Assembly (NCBI GenBank): GCA_010909165.1
Contig: VJWM01000106.1
Location: 372,001 to 436,000, forward strand
Length of the DNA: 64,000 nucleotides
Origin: Anthoceros angustus
Lineage: Eukaryota; Plantae; Anthocerotophyta
Reading direction: 5' to 3'
A program made the position numbers and the translations under genes. Positions 10,971 through 22,990 of this stretch are shown here, in pieces. The notes under the pieces were generated by a model. It was not told the origin of the DNA and did no database searches. It saw nothing but the letters and a program-made list of their open reading frames with translations. Numbering within the stretch: position 1 is the first letter of the stretch; the number at the start of each line of letters is the position of its first letter.

Positions 10971-12445
10971 AAATGTAGAGAAAGTATGAAAGTAGATGTT
11001 AGTATCAATAGATGAATATAGGTCGCTAATAATCGGAAGTAGCAACAAAAATATTAATGTTGAAAACTATTTTATTACTAAAATATTTTTATTTCAATTA
11101 ATAAAAAATAACATCTAACAAGTTTTAGTAGGGTTGAGTTTGGAAGGTATCAAAACAAAGGAAATAAGGACTATTGACTGACTTCAATGTCAGGATAGAT
11201 ATACTTCGACTTTTGGGATTTGTCTCTCCTATTCTAGAGAATACATGGCGTATTAAAAAGAAAACCATAACACACATAACCTAGTCCCTTGAAAAAAAAA
11301 AGAGCGGAGTCACAGTTGAAACTCCTAACTTTTAACAACCAAACTTCAATAAGTTGAGGACTTAAAAATTAGCTGAATCTTTTGTCTAGATGATTAAAAA
11401 AATTCAAATTCCCGGCGACCGGATGTGACTAGGTAGGTAGCCCTCGGGCCAGTTCACGGCGTGAGACCTCCACCTTCAATCGGAATCGTAATTCCTGGCT
11501 AAGCATTAGCGGAGACAGTGTGTCGGCCAGCTCACTGCGCTTTGTCATCGGGTTGTTTAGTTCACCCCCATTTTATTTTTCAGTGGAGTATCTCCATGTC
11601 CAAAGGACACTATCCTGGGATCCCGGATCGTTTGAATCTCGAGGCCTCGATCCCCGTGGCTTTTCACACGTGGCTTCACAAAGTTTGGCTTCGGAGAAGT
11701 CCATATGGGGCTCCTGAGCCGGGAATTTCTTCAGCATCTCGTAATTATGCCGCTCACTAGAAGTTTGCAGCCCCATACCCTATGCCCTCGATCGTACAGC
11801 ATGCAATCCATGTATGTACAGGGATGTCTTTGGGTCCAGATCTGCCAGGTTACTGTTCACTGGTTCCAGAATCAGCCAGCTGGTTTCACAGAACCTGAGC
11901 AGCCCGCTGTAGGTCCCCTAATTCCGATCAGTCTTACACGAAGCAGCTCGACGCTTGGCTCCAGGTGGCACAGGACCGGCATCGAGGAGACCTGATCAAT
12001 TCAGGACCACTTCCAGAATTTAGGTTTCCTAGTTCATCTTTTCTTGCTGCTCACTTTCAGTCTACCTTCCTACAAGTTCCCGCGCCATTGGAGGCCTCGT
12101 TGATGGAACTGGTTTGAATCAGAGAAGTTCTGCCCTAGCAGCGCCCTGGCCTTGCTCGAATGGCCCTCCACGCTTTGCCGCTCTACCAAGTCGCAAGACG
12201 CGGATACTCCTTTTGCACCCAGTTGGCGATGATAGGCAGGTGGCGCAGGAAGGAAACATTTTCGTGCGGGCATATCTCGTAGATGACCACCAGGCTCGGA
12301 AGGTTTTAAGCTAGCCTTTACTGGTCTATTTATGTATGTATGGATGTCACGATAGTCTTAAAGGGCCGTCCGTCTCCTCGCGTTAGAAACTTGTGAGTTT
12401 GCGGACGAGTTTCCCCGAGGACTTGCTTGCGGAATTTGTGGGAAC

Positions 12446-14498
12446 ATGGCGGCTGCTGGGGGCAGGAACCGGAATGGGAACAGGAGTGTGGAAGAAGATG
12501 AGGATGCGATGATGAACTTCGAGACCAGCTCGGGCGTGGAGGTCATCTCTAGCTTTGACCAAATGGGCATCAAAGAGGAGCTGCTGCGGGGCATATATGC
12601 TTACGGGTTTGAAAAGCCTTCTGCCATCCAGCAGCGGGCTGTGATTCCCATTATCCAGGGGAGGGATGCCATAGCGCAGGCGCAGTCCGGCACGGGGAAG
12701 ACTTCTATGATTGCGCTTGCAGTTTGTCAGATGATCGAGACGACAACACGAGAGTGAGTGTGCAGGATTGGATGTCTGTCTGTGGGTTGCAGGTACTGAT
12801 TGTTCTGCCAGAAGATGAGTTGTTAGTTTGAGTACAATTTGAGGCTGAGAGTGGTCTGTATTGCTTCTGTGTAGGGTGCAAGCCCTAATCCTGTCTCCAA
12901 CCAGAGAGCTTGCTGCACAGACGGAGAAGGTGATTCTGGCCATCGGTGATTATATCAATGTCCAAGCCCATGCTTGTATCGGTGGTAAAAGCATCGGGGA
13001 GGACATAAGGAAGCTGGAGTACGGGGTGCACGTGGTTTCAGGAACACCAGGAAGGGTCTATGATATGATTAAGAGGAGAACTCTGAGAACCAGATCTATC
13101 AAGTTGCTTATCCTGGTATGCAAGTGTTACAGCTGATTTCCAGATGCCTGATATTCTGCTCATACAATATCTCGTTTACATTTTGGTGACGTTTGCATCA
13201 CTTGCAGGATGAATCTGATGAAATGCTGAGCAGGGGTTTCAAGGACCAGATCTACGATGTGTACCGATACCTGCCTCCGGACCTCCAGGTGTGAGCGAAC
13301 CCTGGTTGGGATTTATTCTTGTTTTCCCCCGTTGTCTGAAAGGAAACTTCGGGGCTTTAATGTAGCCGTACTGACGGTTTGTGCGTTGCAGGTGGTGCTG
13401 GTTTCTGCTACTTTACCGCATGAAATATTGGAGATGACAAACAAATTCATGACTGATCCAGTTCGAATCCTTGTGAAGCGTGATGAGCTCACACTTGAGG
13501 TCTGATATCCTCTTCCTTTGGGTTTTGTCTGTATGTCTGCATCCTTCTGACCTAGAGAGGGATTCATACCTCTAAGACGGCCCACACAAGGATGCACAAA
13601 TGATACCCGTGTCTTGGTGTCCTATTATTTGGAAGGCAGATGAAAGTCAGTATCCTGCTTGTGACTGAAGAACTGGGTATATTGCAGGGGATCAAGCAAT
13701 TCTTTGTGGCAGTGGAGCGTGAGGAATGGAAATTCGACACATTGTGTGACCTCTATGACACTCTGACCATAACACAAGCTGTTATTTTTTGCAACACAAA
13801 AAGAAAGGTTGGTTATTAACATGGAACTGTTTTCGTTCCTTCTCAGTTGTCTCCTTGCAGGCTGCCAACATGGTTGTGTGCATATTTTGAGTTTGTGCAT
13901 TTCAGGTTGATTGGTTGACAGAGAAGATGAGGAGCAACAACTTCACCGTGTCTTCCATGCATGGAGATATGCCACAGAAAGAACGGGATGCCATTATGGC
14001 TGAATTTCGATCAGGCAATACCCGTGTATTAATCACCACTGATGTCTGGGCTCGTGGCCTTGATGTTCAGCAGGTCAGTTTGTGTGACTTAGTGAAGTTC
14101 ACGCTTGATTGCAGTAGCCACTGCTGTTTCTCTATTGTTTCTCGTGGCTCAACATGTTGCGCTCTTCAATTGACTCAGTTTTTGCAACAATAGGTCTCAC
14201 TTGTTATCAATTATGACCTCCCAAACAATCGTGAGCTTTACATTCATCGAATTGGGCGATCAGGTCGTTTTGGTCGCAAGGTACTGTACCCAGATTGGTT
14301 TAGTCTTTTTTTGCCGGATGTGTTGCTGTGTTGGCAAAACAGATCTGTTCAAGCGCAGGTTTAACACAAATACTCGTGGTGTAGGGTGTGGCCATTAATT
14401 TTGTGCGGAGCGATGACATAAGGATTCTCCGTGACATTGAGCAGTACTACAGCACTCAAATAGATGAGATGCCCATGAATGTGGCTGACCTCATCTAG
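12446..14498 (+). CDS. EIF4A3: DEAD-box RNA helicase eIF4A-III (exon junction complex), multi-exon
   Basis: [60 protein letters not shown] and C-terminal MPMNVADLI*. Canonical introns, e.g. 12754-12874. Confidence 0.97.
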
Positions 14499-14962
14499 GT
14501 TGTGTCCTGGAGTGGACCTACGGAACGTAGACTCACCCTGAGCTGGGCGGATGTTGTCGTTGTACCCCGTTGGAGAGCCGCTTTTTTGGGAGCTGAACCT
14601 TGGAGAAGCGCCTTTATGGGGCTGAACCTTGCGGCATGGTTCTTCAATTGCTGTGTAAAGGACGCATCCACGGCACACTTCTTGGATACTATGTATCATA
14701 GGGTGGTTCACTGTGCTCACCAGTTGTTCCATGCATGTTGATCACTTTGTCTCTGAAATTTCCATCCCTTCATGGTATTCCTAGGAGCTGGTTGGTGGTT
14801 TTGGAATGTTTTGTTGTTTGGAGCACTGTTGAACTCAAGTGAGAAACCTGGGTCAGTTTTTTCCCTCGAGCACGAGGATGTATGTGAACGTGCGTCTTGA
14901 AAAGCGCTCTCGACGAAAAAGGCGAAGACACTTATGAAGATTCATGAGCCTCGTTGAGTAAA

Positions 14963-17900
14963 TCATTGATGATCTCCACAGGAACATAGTCCATCCTTGA
15001 AATGGTGCACGCGATGTGCGTCTCTGACAACGATCTCTCGCTTTTCAATCCTGGAGATCAGCTTCGTGCCCGTGTGGCAGTGCTCGCACATGCGGAGATT
15101 TTTCGTGACCAAAAGAGTAGAGCCTTCTGCTGTGTTGAGGAGACCAAACGCCAGTGCCAGCTTCTCGGCATGTGCACATAAGCTATCTTCCTGCTTCTCA
15201 TGCGACAATTGCCCGGAGGTGTCAGGCAAATTTTCTCGTTCCCATGTGTCTGTGTTCAGTTTCTTTAGCTTGACCGAAGTGTCTTCCCGTTCTTGCCCTA
15301 CAATGAAGGCTTGTACTGTGTTCTGCACTTCAATCAAAGCTTCTGCCGGCTTTTTCAAGACTCCAGCTTTGCCTCTCAGACCTTCTATAACCTGTGCACC
15401 CTCGAACCTTCCTGCGTCACTGTATATTCTTGACATAAGAACATATGCAGCAGGCTGTTCTGGATCAAACTTGACAATCTGCTCGTAACATCGTCGTCCT
15501 CTCTCAACATCAGCATATAATTTGCAGGCACTTAGCAGCGACATCCAACCCACATTGCATGTCTCAAAGGGCATTGTTTGCAGCAGGTTCTCTGCCTCAT
15601 CCAAGTGTCCTGATCGACCAAGAAGATCAACCATGCATGTATAGTGCTCGATTGTTGGCTCAGTACCAAGATCTTCTCGTATCATCTGGAAGTATCGCCA
15701 ACCTTCATTCACAAGGCCCAGATGACTGCACGCGACAAGAAGTGAGGTAAATGTTGCAGTATCGGGCTCCACGCCATGTTGCTTCATATTCTCGAAACAG
15801 TCTATGGCCATTTTCTGGTCATTATGATGACCATAGCCATTGATAAGTGCAGTCCATGTTACCACATTCTTCGTTGGTAATCTCATAAACAACTGCACCG
15901 CATCCGTCAAGCTCCCACATTTCACATACATGTCAATCAATGCACTTCCCACAAGCACTTCTGCTTCAAGTCCCCTTTCCAGAATCTGCATATGGATGTG
16001 CTTGCCTTTCTGGATGGCTCCTGACAGGCCACAGGCCTTTAAAATGGACACAAAAGTACCCTCATTAGGTGTGCCATAATGCTGTTGCATTGCCTCATAA
16101 AGATGAAGTGATTCTGTACCAAGCCCATGCTGAGCGTAACTTGAAAGCATGGCATTCCACGTCACCCTATCTTTAGTAAGCGATTTGTCAAACATCCTGC
16201 GTGCATCCTCCAGGCTCCCACATTTTGCATACATGTCCACCAGGGTGTTGCCAACTGTCACATCTGCTTCCAGGTCCAAGTCCAAAACTTGGGAATGAAT
16301 CTGTCGACCCTCTTGAATCGAACCCATGCTACTGCAAGCTTTTAGAACACAGGCAAGAGTGACATTGTTCACTGGCCATAGACCCTCCTGTTGCATTGTT
16401 GCATAAAGTTTGAGAGCTTCATGACCAAGTCCAGACTGACTGTATGCTGCGATTATACTACACCAGGTCACCAAATCTCTATTTGGCAATCTGTCAAACA
16501 CTGTGCGGGCATCTTCTAGGCTGCCAGACTTACTGTACATGTCCACCAGGGCACTGCCAACTAAAAGGTCTGTCTCCAGATCCCTCTCCAGAACACGTGT
16601 GTGGACGTGTTTGCCCTCCTGTAGAGCTCCTAGGCTGCCACATGCTTTCAAGGCACTAAGAAAGGTGACTTGGTTCACCAGGCTGTCGTCCTGTGGCATG
16701 CTGGCAAAAAGATCCAGAGCTTCCCGTGCAAGTCCATGCTGAGCATATCCCCAGATCATGGCACTCCATGTCACCACATCTCTGGTAGGCAATCTGTCAA
16801 ACAGACTGCGAGCAGCCTTCAAGCTCCCACATTTGGCATACATATCCACCAAGGAGCTTCCCAGGATGACATCAAATTCTAGTCCTGCTTTGCATATTTG
16901 AGAATGCACCCGCCTGCCCTCTTCTATATCCCGCAGGCTGGCACATGCTTTCAGAATGCTCAAAAAGGTCACTTTGTCTGGTACTAAGCCATCCTCATCT
17001 TGCATGATGGAGTAAAGGTTAAGGGCTTCTTCACCCAACCCACATTTAGCATAGCCTTCTATCATAGCACTCCAAGTTATCACATCTTTTTGTGACAATG
17101 TGTCAAACACCTTCCGAGCTTCTGCAAGGCATTCACACTTTACATACATGTCCAGGAGGGTGTTTCCGACAAAGACGTTCGATTCAAACCCACCTTCAAC
17201 GACGTCTGCGTGAATCACCTTGCCAGATGCCAAGTCCTTCAAAGTGGCACATGCTTTAAGGACAGCAACAAAGATATAGTCATTCGGTTTTGCATCAGAC
17301 TTTCGCATCTGGTGATAAAGCTCAATAGCCTGCACCCCATGTCCATGCTCACCATGCGCAGATATGATTGAAGCCCACATGAAGGCATCTGGTGCGGGCA
17401 CTTTCATAAAAACTCTATGTGCCTCCTCCAAAGATCCACACGAAGCATACATCCGGATAACATGATTCGCAAGAAACCTGTCCAACTCGTATCCGATTTC
17501 CACTGCAAGCTCATGCACACTCCTCCCCACCTTAAGATCATGCTTTGCAATGCACTCCTTAAGTAGTCGGTACACCCTATCTCTGGATATGTACACCCCA
17601 AGGTGGGCCATGATGTACGTTGCTTGAAATGCCTCATCGACCTTTCCCTCTTCACAGAGCTTGTCCAACCGTTCAAGATCAGTCGAAACTTCCCTGCATA
17701 CCAAGCTGAGCAGTTTGCAAGACAGTCAGAATACTGTTGTTCCATACATCCCAAAAAGCAAGTGATTCTGAAAACTTTCCCGGGCGGTACCTGCCAGGCT
17801 TCTGTCTGTTACGTCCCGGGAATTCATAAGAAGAGTCGAACGCTCCACATGCAACAATATCCTGGGATTGAGCTGATTTTGGAGCCCACAAAGAGTCGGG

Positions 17901-18326
17901 ACACGAATCAAGCGAACCGCGCTCCAATGTTCTGCTGTGTGCCAAATCCGGTTTTCTCTGTCAAGCTCACATGGTCAGCAGCAGTGTGCACCAAGCGGAG
18001 CCTGCCCAGAAACGAACGGAAACCCCACTGCTACCTCTTTTATGATGACTTCCTGCGATGTTGCCTTCCTCCAGACCACTGGATCCGACAGAAAACATTC
18101 CCACAACGGCGCCTTACCTGCTGCAGCTAATTGGGCTCATCAACTCAAAACGTGCAACTCGCAAAGGGTCAGCTGAATCGAGACGACCGCACTCACCCTG
18201 GTTCTGGCGACCCAACGATTCTGGGAAACCTGAGAGCCGCCTGTGGAATTCCGTCAAGGAGGGGCAGGAAAAACAGGAATTGCCGTTGCTGTTCCTCAGT
18301 CGAGCTACAATTCCATATCGCCTCAT
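14963..18326 (-). CDS. PLS-class PPR protein with DYW:KP-type deaminase domain; main exon 14963-~17694, 5' exon structure uncertain
   Basis: Long PLS array and E domains, then KKPAEALIEV, HAEKLALAFGL, KNLRMCEHCH and HHFKDGLCSCGDHQ*. A candidate transit-peptide exon MRRYGIVARLR... starts at 18326. Confidence 0.92.
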
Positions 18327-18448
18327 CTGGTTGGCAGGCAAGCGTGAAAAGACCCATCGAAGAAAGGACGGCCGACTCTCTCGAATTTTGGACGGCTCTA
18401 CTCATCACACCAAAGCAACAACACACGCCCTAACCTGGCAGTCTAGCA

Positions 18449-20069
18449 TCAACCGGCGGCTCTGCGTCTGTTGCCTTCGACTCTGTGAAGCACAGCGTCA
18501 AGAGCAAGATCAAATGCATCCTTAACTCGCATGACCTGCCCGTGCTCAGAATCGGGGCTGGCTGGGTACAGCCTGCGGACGTGAGCGTACAGGGTTCTTG
18601 GTATGAGCTCTGCTATCCTAGCCCGCATAGCGTCTACAACAGGGGCTGGAATGCCTTCTAGAATGCTGAACACGTTTTCTTTCTTCACGCGATCCATGGG
18701 AATGAAAACAGAGTACCCTTCGCCGTCCTCCGGCAGATGAGAAATGTACTGCGTCCAGGCGGAGTTCTTGTTGAAGATAACCGGGATACAGCCGGCCAGC
18801 ATAGAGTCGAAGAAAGAGCGTCGCGTGGGACTGTCTCCAGGAGGTTGAAGGCAGAACTGCGATCTGTGGAACACAGACAGAAGCAGGGACGGATCACCGC
18901 ACGAAGCTTGCAGTGTCTTCCCCTCAAACCCTAGACGAAGCTTGGTAATTCTCTTAGCTGCTCCGTCATCGTCACAGACGACATTGGTGCATCGAGCGTC
19001 TGATTCACACTGACTCATGACCTGCCTTCTCACACTGTCACCGATTCTTTCCGGCCTTCCTTTGCCGGCAAAACTGGCAAGTGAAGAACGCTGAGATGAC
19101 TGCAGCAGCCAGCTAACAAGATCTTCGATCTGCGAATCCGTAAAGGGATGGAAGTAGCTGGGATACGGCACAGCGAGCTCATTGTCGAATTGCGCAGTCT
19201 TGGATGTTGTCCTCTCAATCGTAAGTTTCACCATCTTCTGCCAGTCAGAGTGGAACATCATCTGCCAGAAATTACACTGTCAGGCTCCTCACCATCTCCA
19301 AAACGAAAGGCTCCCAAGACAAGGCAGACAAGCCAACTGTTCTGCACGCAGGAGGCACCTGATTTCCCCATGCGCTGCCATCTGCCCGGCGGAAGTCCGA
19401 TCCAATACGTCCCAGCACTAGGAAGTGGTCCAGGCCCCCGTTGCGCTGCCAAGCCGGTTCTGTCTTAAGCCATTCCAGCAAATCCAGGTGGAGCTTGTTC
19501 CGGGGCGAGCGATGTGAAATCCTGCGCATGAGATCCAAGCCTGTGAAGAAGGGCACAAAAAAAGCGCTGGCTTCCTCCTCCCTCGATGTCACACAAGGGT
19601 ACGTCTTCAAGCGCTGGAAAAAGTAGAGTTCCAGAGAGAACTGCCAGGTCCTGAACCACACTTCGCTGTCACTTTGATTCAGACTCGGCCCTCCAGCGTC
19701 AGCTCCAAACTCGAAGCCGCGTCCCATCCCATCGTTCTCCATACAAGGGCAGAAATTAGCATTTCTGGGATCTGTCTTCCGCCTCAGGTTCTTACAGTCT
19801 GCAACCAGGTCCATGTTGAACACAGTGGAGATGTTGTAGACAAAAATCCATCTCCCTTTGCAAGAATCCATGACAGACGGCTCCTTTGCAAACGTGAGCC
19901 CTGACGACACAACCTCACGGCCGGAGCTTGGTACGCATAGTTGCCAGAATATAAACAAGCTCATGCATATGGCAAGCACACCCACGAGAAATCTCATCCG
20001 AGCAGATGCAGGCAGTTTGTAAGCGTAAACATTGAAGCGGAAAGGTTTCCGTGTCCATCGGCCATCCAT
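18449..20069 (-). CDS. Exostosin-family glycosyltransferase GT47 (xyloglucan galactosyltransferase MUR3/KATAMARI-like)
   Basis: N-terminal TM helix, SCKGRWIFVY, WFRTWQFSLE, GGLDHFLVLGRI, VPYPSYFHP and FCLQPPGDSPTRRSFFDS. Intron at 19262-19358. Confidence 0.92.
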
Positions 20070-20279
20070 CTCTTACCAACACTCGCACTTGCGCATTCAG
20101 GCACGCAAGAAGTCCGCATAGCTGAACATGGAGGACGTGTACTAAACCGTGTTAGTTGATAGCTATGTAGGAAGCTATTTTTGCGACACTAAATTATTAT
20201 TTTAATATTAAAGTGGAATATAAAAATATTTTTCTGTACTCAGCTACCTAGATTTAGGTAAGACTCCTTCATAGCCTGA

Positions 20280-20300
20280 TATGGAATACCGATCTCGTCA
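20280..20300 (+). repeat. Left terminal inverted repeat; its inner 12 bp (ccgatctcgtca) recurs at 20414-20425
   Basis: Exact reverse complement of 43693-43713. Confidence 0.95.
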
Positions 20301-21989
20301 GGAAGCCCTTTAGGGTTTTTTTCCATTGTGACCAAAGAAGTTTTCCGGCCGCATACGGCGGAAAACTCTGTTACACACTTGACGACATCGGCCGCCGCGC
20401 CCGCCTCGTGGTCCCGATCTCGTCACTAAGCATGTGGTGTTTGTGTCGAATCTTTTGTGGTTGTGACACACAATGTTTTCGCTTTTAGGGTCGTGAGGGC
20501 ATGGGCCATCGGACATCCATTCGCATGACCCCATCTCGCCTGCTTGCTTTGCCATCACGAACCGTCACGAGGGCTTTATGGGAGATAGCGTGAGGAGAGG
20601 GCTCAGATGCGCAAAGGCATATGTGCCCTTGTGCCTCGATAGGCGGCGCCATATGCGGCTACCGGGCTATCGCAGCCCATCCAGCGTCAGGCGACAAGGC
20701 CAGCACAGCCTCCGAGCGCACACCATCTTCACAACCGGCCTTTACATTCCACCACAACAAAGCCACCACTGGCTCAACTCTCAAAACGCCGTAACAAACA
20801 AATCCAAATTGTCACCGCCTCCTGTGTCATGGTGAGCGACAATGTCACCGCCTCCTGTGTCATGGTGAGCGACAAAAACACTTTTCTCCAACACCTAGCT
20901 CACTCCCTGCAAGGGGCCACACGCCTCACACCTCGTGCACCATAGACCGCGGCGGGGTGATGGCGCCCACGCCCACGGGTGGCTTCACCTCCGCCCACCG
21001 GTGGAGGTATTCGGGCAATGCCCTCGTGCTCCCGCACTGCAGAGTGTTAGTGCCATGTGCACCGATACATGTCCGGAGGAAGTCCATGTCCCAATCCCTT
21101 TGCATATGCATTGTCCTCGCCATCCGCAGCTTCTCGACAACCCATGCAGCGGGGCCCATACGATTCGGGCCTCGCGGTGGCGCACACCATCTTCACAACC
21201 GGCCTTTACATTGCACCACAACAAAGCCACCACTGGCTCAACTCTCAAAGCGAACAAACAAATCCAAATTGTCACGCTCCCGGTCATGGTGGCACCGCAT
21301 CACGCTCCCGGTCATGGTGGCGCACAAAACAATTTTCTCCAGCCACCTAGCTCACTCCGGAAGAACCGCCGTCGGGCCACCGCCCCTCACACCTCGTGCA
21401 CCATAGGGCGGGGTGATGGCCGTCCACGCCCAGGGGTGGCTTGACCTCGTCCAGGTGGAGGTATTGAACAATCGTCCCACCTGTGCTCCTGCACTCCCTG
21501 CAGTGTTGTTAGTGCCATGTCGGCGATACATGTCGGGAGGAAGTCCATGTCAATCCCTTTGCATATGCATTGTCCCTCGCCATCTGCGGTTCTGCACAAC
21601 CATGGCCCCATACGATTGATTCCCGTGCACACGCACAAAATGGCGATCGCCCTCCCTCCACAATGTCAGAACTCTACAGACAAAATAAATGGGCAGGCGA
21701 CTGCGATTTGCTCACCCCGCCAAGAATTCTATGCCGTGGTGGTGGCATCTCGGGGCCACGCTTTGTGCATACCGAGGGCCACCACATCGAACTCCTCGCC
21801 ATCGCCCTCCCTCCACAATCTTTGCGCCTCTGAGACAAAATAAATGGGCAGGCGACTGCGATTTGCTCACCCTCGGCAATTCTATGCGAGTGGTGGCATC
21901 TCGGGGCCACGTTTTGTGCATCTTGAGGCCACCACATCGAACTCCTCGCCATCGTCCTCCTCACCCCCATATGCGGGTGCCACCCACCC

Positions 21990-22990
21990 TTGTAGTCGAC
22001 CTTCTTCTTGAATGCGATTGCGAGCACATGGCCGGAATGTCTGCCGGCTGCCCCGATCTTCCGCACCGGTGCCTATTCCATACCGCCTCCAACGCCGAGC
22101 TCCGCCTCATCGTGGGCATGAAGGTCACGTCACGGGGAATGGATGTGCTGGGTTGGTGATGTCCAGTCACGCTCCTCACCATATCCATCATGTACCCCTT
22201 GTAGAGGAATGCCCACTTCTCTCCCAAGGACCGCCAAATGCTCAATCCTCGCAACAATCCGCATTCATCGACTTACCGCCATCGCATAAGGAAAACGCAC
22301 CAACCTCCTAACTTTTACAGTTGTGCACGGAGGGGCGCGGATGAAGTTGCTTCCATGTGCCCTTGGCCTCGCTCGGTTCATATCGCCTCTATTAGGTTGT
22401 GCCGCGTAGTCCGACCGAATCCGCGGATGCCCAAACTTCCTCACCGCTTCCACATAGGCGTTGAAAATCGTCGTTCCCGCTTGTTATCCTCCAAGACCAA
22501 CTGACGAATGGGTTGCCCCATCTATGGCCCCATGCACTCAAGTAGAATTGGTACATCTTGTCATAAGTCGCAAGACGAGGCAACCCCGCCCGATTGCGCA
22601 CAACTCGCAATCACTTCTTCCACCGCGAACTGCGAACATCGCAGCCCTCCTCTCACGCACTTACAATCCATATGCCACATGTACATGGGTGTCGCATTGG
22701 TTCGACGCGCGGATGCGATCGCCGACCGTCGTGCCATGTGCTCCGGCTGCATCAAACGCAGCGCCTCCGTCACCTGCCTCCTAGGGATTTCGATTCCATC
22801 CAGCCTGCACCGCACGAATCGTATTCCGGCGTTCACGCCGTCTTGGGTGATGGGTGTGTGCGTGGCAATCGCGTGCACACCTCCTCCACGGACAACCTCC
22901 CATACACCCGCGCCATGCCGCCGTGCTGCAGAGCCTCGTCACCGTGCTCAAGCCGCAGCCTAGCTCCGTGGTAGGCCTTTCAATGGTCTC
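21990..22990 (-). pseudogene. DDE transposase, integrase-core (IS3/IS481-like), intron-containing, frameshifted as assembled; N-terminal exons duplicated at ~23030-23740 and ~24130-24720
   Basis: Motifs in order: GIEIPRRQVTEALR..PEHMARR; PMYMWHMD (22665-22678, D1); HGAIDG (~22508-22537); EDNKR..TIFNAYVEAVRKFGHPRIRSD (22409-22417, D2); SVHN (22319-22331) / RIE..W (22239-22249, E); VTFMP..WNRH (22069-22080). Confidence 0.85.

Noticed and set aside
11460-12400. Short ORFs and splice-like signals upstream of eIF4A-III
   Set aside because: No convincing spliced reading frame or recognisable motif; could be a non-coding transcript but is unsupported.
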